Below, piece after piece: positions 1 through 7,936 of a stretch of DNA of 7,936 nt. Location: the NCBI GenBank assembly GCA_033442325.1, contig JAWQFM010000040.1, positions 1 through 7,936 of the forward strand, in the 5' to 3' direction. Each line of letters opens with the position of its first letter. Positions within the stretch are counted from its first letter, which is position 1. The notes beneath the pieces were generated by a model. The model ran no database searches. It was not told the DNA's origin and worked only from the letters and a program-made list of their open reading frames with translations. Made by a program: the position numbers and the translations under genes. This stretch comes from Salpingoeca rosetta. Its lineage: Eukaryota > Protista > Choanoflagellata.

Positions 1-1526
1 AGTTCACTGTTGTGCTCCAAAAACACCTTTCTCAGTGGAACATTCTTGCACACCTTCAAGCTTGTGTACGACGATGACCAGACTGCCAACTCAACCGCCT
101 CTGCGCTTAGCATGCTGCAAATGTCTTCGTTGGTGAGCTGAGTGACCCCAAGTCCGCGCCAGCCAATGTGCAAGCTGTTCACACTTGCGGTGTTGATCAG
201 GTGTGAGAGCACAGAGGTGGGTAGTTCCATGTTGGCAACGTGGAGGTGCTCGATGGCCGAGAGGTTCCAAGCTGACACTGGCTCTGAAGTCACCACGACC
301 CGGCTTGGGCTTCCTGGTGCAGCATCAGCATCAATCCCAGTTAAGTCGCGCAGTGAAAAAAACTTGCTGAGATCAAACGTCGGGATTGTGTGGTTGCGCT
401 GACCAAAGAGCTGCAGCTGAACTAAGGCCGACAAATCGGGCACAGCCTCAAGTGGGTTGTCACTGAGGTCAAGGGCGATGAGGTAACGGCTTGTGTTCAG
501 GAAAAAGTGCGTGAGACTGTTAAATGAAAGGTCAAGGTAACGCAGCTCCGGCAACCCAAGATCGTCGATGCGCAAAAGGTTGTTGTCGTTCAGGTATACC
601 TCAGTCAGGGTGTGGTGCGCGCCTCTCAACGTGTCACTCGTAATCGACGTAAGCTGGTTTCCTTGCAGATAGAGCGCGCTTAGAGATCGGCAGTGGCCAA
701 ACACGTTGTCTGGGAGCTGATGCAAGAAGTTGCCGTCCAAGGTGATGTATCGGAGGCGCCGACCAGCCCCAAACGCATCAGCCGCGATTGCAGAGATCCT
801 GTTGTCGTGCAGGTTCAGCGTTTCAAGAGAGCCTGGCACAAACTGAGTGTGAATGGCTCCCAAGTCGTTGTTTGACAAATCGAGAACCCTCAAGGAAAAA
901 AGGCTTGCAAAGGCACCTGGCGCCAGGTCGCCCAAGAAGTTGTCACTGAGGTCGACGACCGCCAGTTTCTCTGCGCTATCGAAAGCTGGATTTGGCAACT
1001 GCGTCAGATTGTTGGATTCTAGGTTGATGGAAGTTAACTCAGGCAGGAGAGAAAAGGCATCTGACTCCAGGGCGGAGATACGATTTTGAGACAGGTCCAA
1101 CTCGGTGATCCTCAGATCCACGAAGGTGTTGCGAGTCACTTCCGTGAGGAGATTGTACTTCAGGCTCAGCCAGCGCAAGCTTGCTCTAAATTCGAGGAGA
1201 GCTGTAGGTGGCTCAGTAAACACATTGTCCGACAGGTCCAAGCACGCCAGGGCTGGCACGCATGACGTATCGGCGCAATCATAGGTCAGCTGAGCTAAGA
1301 AGTTTCGGCGAAGGTCAAGCTCAACCACATTGGGCATTGCGCGCAGCCAATGTAGATGGAAAGTTGACGAGCGCAGGCCACGCAATGCGAAGGCCTTGAC
1401 CGAGGAATAATTGCCAGAGGACAGCAAAGCTTGAAGGCTACTTGGGTCAACATCTCCTTCAATCCCCAGGGCGCAGGGTTTGAGTTGCTGCAAGGTGATG
1501 CTAACACACGTGCTGTTGCGATCATG
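1..1526 (-). CDS. Leucine-rich repeat region of a probable secreted/cell-surface LRR protein (3'-partial, runs off the left edge)
   Basis: Manual translation of the minus frame is stop-free from 1526 to the window edge (~508 codons). It has about a dozen extracellular-type LRRs, e.g. VVELDLRRNFL, LACLDLSDNVF, ITELDLSQNRISALESDAFSLLPELTSINLESNNLTQLPNPAF, LRVLDLSNNDL, LETLNLHDNRISAIAADAF, LSALYLQGNQLTSI, LRYLDLSFNSL, LIALDLSDNPL. It is absent from the ORF track because it has no stop in the window. Confidence 0.95.
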
Positions 1527-1745
1527 CTAGTAGCTAGGTCGAGACTGACGGGATTGGCCGTATCCGCTACATCTTTGGTTACGACCGTGTCCTAGCTTAT
1601 ACGGAGCGAACAGTCTATGGTTTGACTTCAGCCCTCTATTCATTAAGAAATTTGCTACGCCCGGGGTCGGATGTGGAATAAGTAAATACGCGTAACGTGA
1701 CGAACGGCTCCTTATACTAGCGCAGCCTGAAGCCATACATAAGTT
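1527..1745. other. Compositionally foreign ~215 bp segment interrupting the LRR gene, with an in-frame TAG at 1529-1527
   Basis: 22 TA dinucleotides in 1527-1741 versus about 7 in the adjacent 450 nt (1750-2200). CTAG occurs four times (1527, 1534, 1592, 1717). In-frame translation looks random. The right boundary is approximate. Confidence 0.6.
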
Positions 1746-2201
1746 GGAAGGTCGTGAATCTTGGTGTGTGGCGCGCTGCTGCAACATAGGAAACCGGGAG
1801 CGCCGATCTAATGTGAGTAGACTGTGTGGGGTGCCTTGCTTCTCCCGAGGTCGACTCCGACTGCGTTGAACCTTGGTGCGCGCCCCTGCAGGCGATGCTG
1901 GCGGGGATGCACGGTCTTGATGTCGCAGTGAGTGGCGATCAAACACCCCCGTTGCAGACGAGGGCCTAAAGTTGCTGGTGTCATGGAATCCTTCTTGCGT
2001 GTCCTGTTTGAACTCGTCTTGCGCATCAGGTTCACAGAACAGCTGCACGATGCGCTCCAAGTGAGTCAGGTTGACACCTTCTGGTGTGGGCGCATTGCGT
2101 ACGCTGTCTTCTTGCGCCAGGGCCTCGTGGTCCGTGTGAAGCTGCGACTCCACGGCGCGCAGGGTGTGTACAGCGTTGTTGCACAGGAGGTACTGATTGT
2201 T
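1746..2201 (-). CDS. 5' part of exon 2 of the LRR gene (N-terminal, low-complexity region)
   Basis: Acceptor ttgcCAG (2204-2202), then AAC AAT CAG TAC... in phase 0, matching the phase-0 donor at 2389. It is in the same reading frame as the downstream LRR region. Translates NNQYLLCNNAVHTLRAVESQLH...ATHQDSRPS. Confidence 0.7.
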
Positions 2202-2389
2202 CTGGCAACATGGATGTTTGGAAAAGTAACAAGAGAGGTGAATCGAGACCCAAAAACAATGCCCGAGAGGGGCGATCACATCACAGTCACAACACTCTCC
2301 AGTGTGGGTGACACGCTAGTCTTGAGCACATGTCCACGAAAGTCGCACACCAAAGCAAACAAAGCATCGTGAACTGATATCTTGCTTAC

Positions 2390-2629
2390 ATCCTCAACAG
2401 CCGATGATCGCCGTACATGCTCTCCTGCTTGTGCTGAAGGTATGGGGTCTGCACCCATCTCCGCCCTCGTTGAGTGCATGGGTTGACGCTGCAACGGTGA
2501 AGCGTGGCGGCGATGGGCGACCGGCCGTGCGTTGGCGTGCTGCATGGGTACGAAGACTGCGAACAACAACAACAGCGTTGTGACAACGCACACCATCGTG
2601 GTTGGTGTTGACCGGTGGGTCATGGGCAT
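2390..2629 (-). CDS. Exon 1 of the LRR gene, with signal peptide
   Basis: MPMTHRSTPTTMVCVVTTLLLLFAVFVPMQHANA/RPVAHRRH: hydrophobic core plus A-N-A cleavage motif. It ends GAG GAT|GTAAGC (donor at 2389, phase 0). The start could be 2629, 2623 or 2596. Intron 2389-2202. Confidence 0.8.
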
Positions 2630-3093
2630 TGTTGTGCGAACGTGCGTTGTGAGAAAAGTGAAGCATCAAACGTTGGTCGAGAGACTTGTGGTGTGATGGA
2701 TGTGACATGATGTGACATGACATTTGACGGTGTGGTCGCAGGATCGACGGAGAAAAGACACACAATGTGCGGTGTGACTGATTGGAGGCGTCAGGTGACA
2801 TGAATAGGTGAGTGATGTGAGACACAGCATTGTTGCTTGCTTGTGTGTTGATGATGATCAAGCACCAAGCAATGGTTTGTTGTGGAAATGATTGTGATAT
2901 GACGGATTTGTCGGGTCGTGGGATGAACGAAGACAAAACACACAATGTGCGGTGTGACTGATTGGAGGAGTCAGGCTTGTGATGATTGTGTGTCACAGGG
3001 CTTTTGTTGTGTCCTTCTTTTCCCTCCAGTTCTGTTGTGCATTGGTTTGGTTGAGCTGTGATTGGGTTGCCATTTATTTTCCCCACCTCCAAG
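2630..3093. promoter_or_regulatory. Putative bidirectional promoter with inverted CCAAT (Y-box) motifs
   Basis: Lies between divergent start codons at 2629 (-) and 3094 (+). CTGATTGG at 2778-2785 and 2958-2965, further ATTGG at 3041 and 3061. Promoter function is inferred from position. Confidence 0.5.
2661..2975. repeat. Degenerate ~180 bp direct duplication in the divergent spacer, with a near-identical 38 bp core
   Basis: 2758-2795 and 2938-2975 match at 37/38 positions (acacacaatgtgcggtgtgactgattggagg[c/a]gtcagg), offset exactly 180. Weaker similarity extends about 80-100 bp upstream of each core. Confidence 0.9.
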
Positions 3094-7751
<4,658 letters not shown>

Positions 7752-7936
7752 GTGAGCTAGCACGTGGTGCGTGTGTACGTCTGTGGACCGCTTGTTGTCC
7801 GTTGTCGTGTCGGGCGTAAACCGATCTCAATTGTATTTGAGTGTTAAGGTTTTTTATTCTTATGCGGGGGTTGGTAGGTGATGAAAGTATGGTGCGTACT
7901 TGAGACAACAGGCTATGGGTTGTGTGCATAGTTAAT

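Noticed and set aside
1592-1720. Imperfect inverted repeat (ctagcttatacggagc / gctccttatactag), and the aggtcg[a/t]ga direct match at 1536 and 1749
   Set aside because: Short, bulged or mismatched and compatible with chance. The direct match does not bracket the stop codon, so it is not a convincing target-site duplication.
142-2372. Plus-strand ORFs (142-402, 693-875, 853-1089, 1932-2372, 2084-2311)
   Set aside because: Antisense to the LRR gene, with no recognisable motifs.
7786-7936. Rapidly diverging fourth repeat unit as a biological decay gradient
   Set aside because: Single-base insertions followed by progressive noise towards the end of the sequence look like low-quality read or contig-end sequence; this cannot be resolved without traces.

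Overview
Eukaryotic, intron-rich genomic DNA. The style (pure CAA poly-Q, ~100-220 nt GT-AG introns, secreted LRR gene) suggests a choanoflagellate such as Salpingoeca; that is inference only. Two genes sit head-to-head across a ~460 bp spacer with a duplicated CCAAT-containing module. (1) Minus strand: a signal-peptide, extracellular-type leucine-rich-repeat protein (exon 2629-2390, exon 2201 to <1). Its frame passes through a ~215 bp compositionally foreign segment ending in an in-frame TAG at 1529-1527. (2) Plus strand: a spliced poly-Q gene (ATG 3094, running off the right edge) that the ORF track misses. The apparently non-coding 2.3 kb at 4003-6465 holds 14 consecutive 3-nt micro-exons (AG|NNN|GT), all flanked by phase-2 introns. 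Spliced by hand they give a stop-free, amphipathic-looking peptide (VLRGFFTNLVNNWRL) linking the flanking exons in frame, so each exon contributes one amino acid. The gene continues into a 221-bp exon+intron tandem repeat encoding a 14-aa coiled-coil unit. All gene models are manual predictions without transcript evidence.
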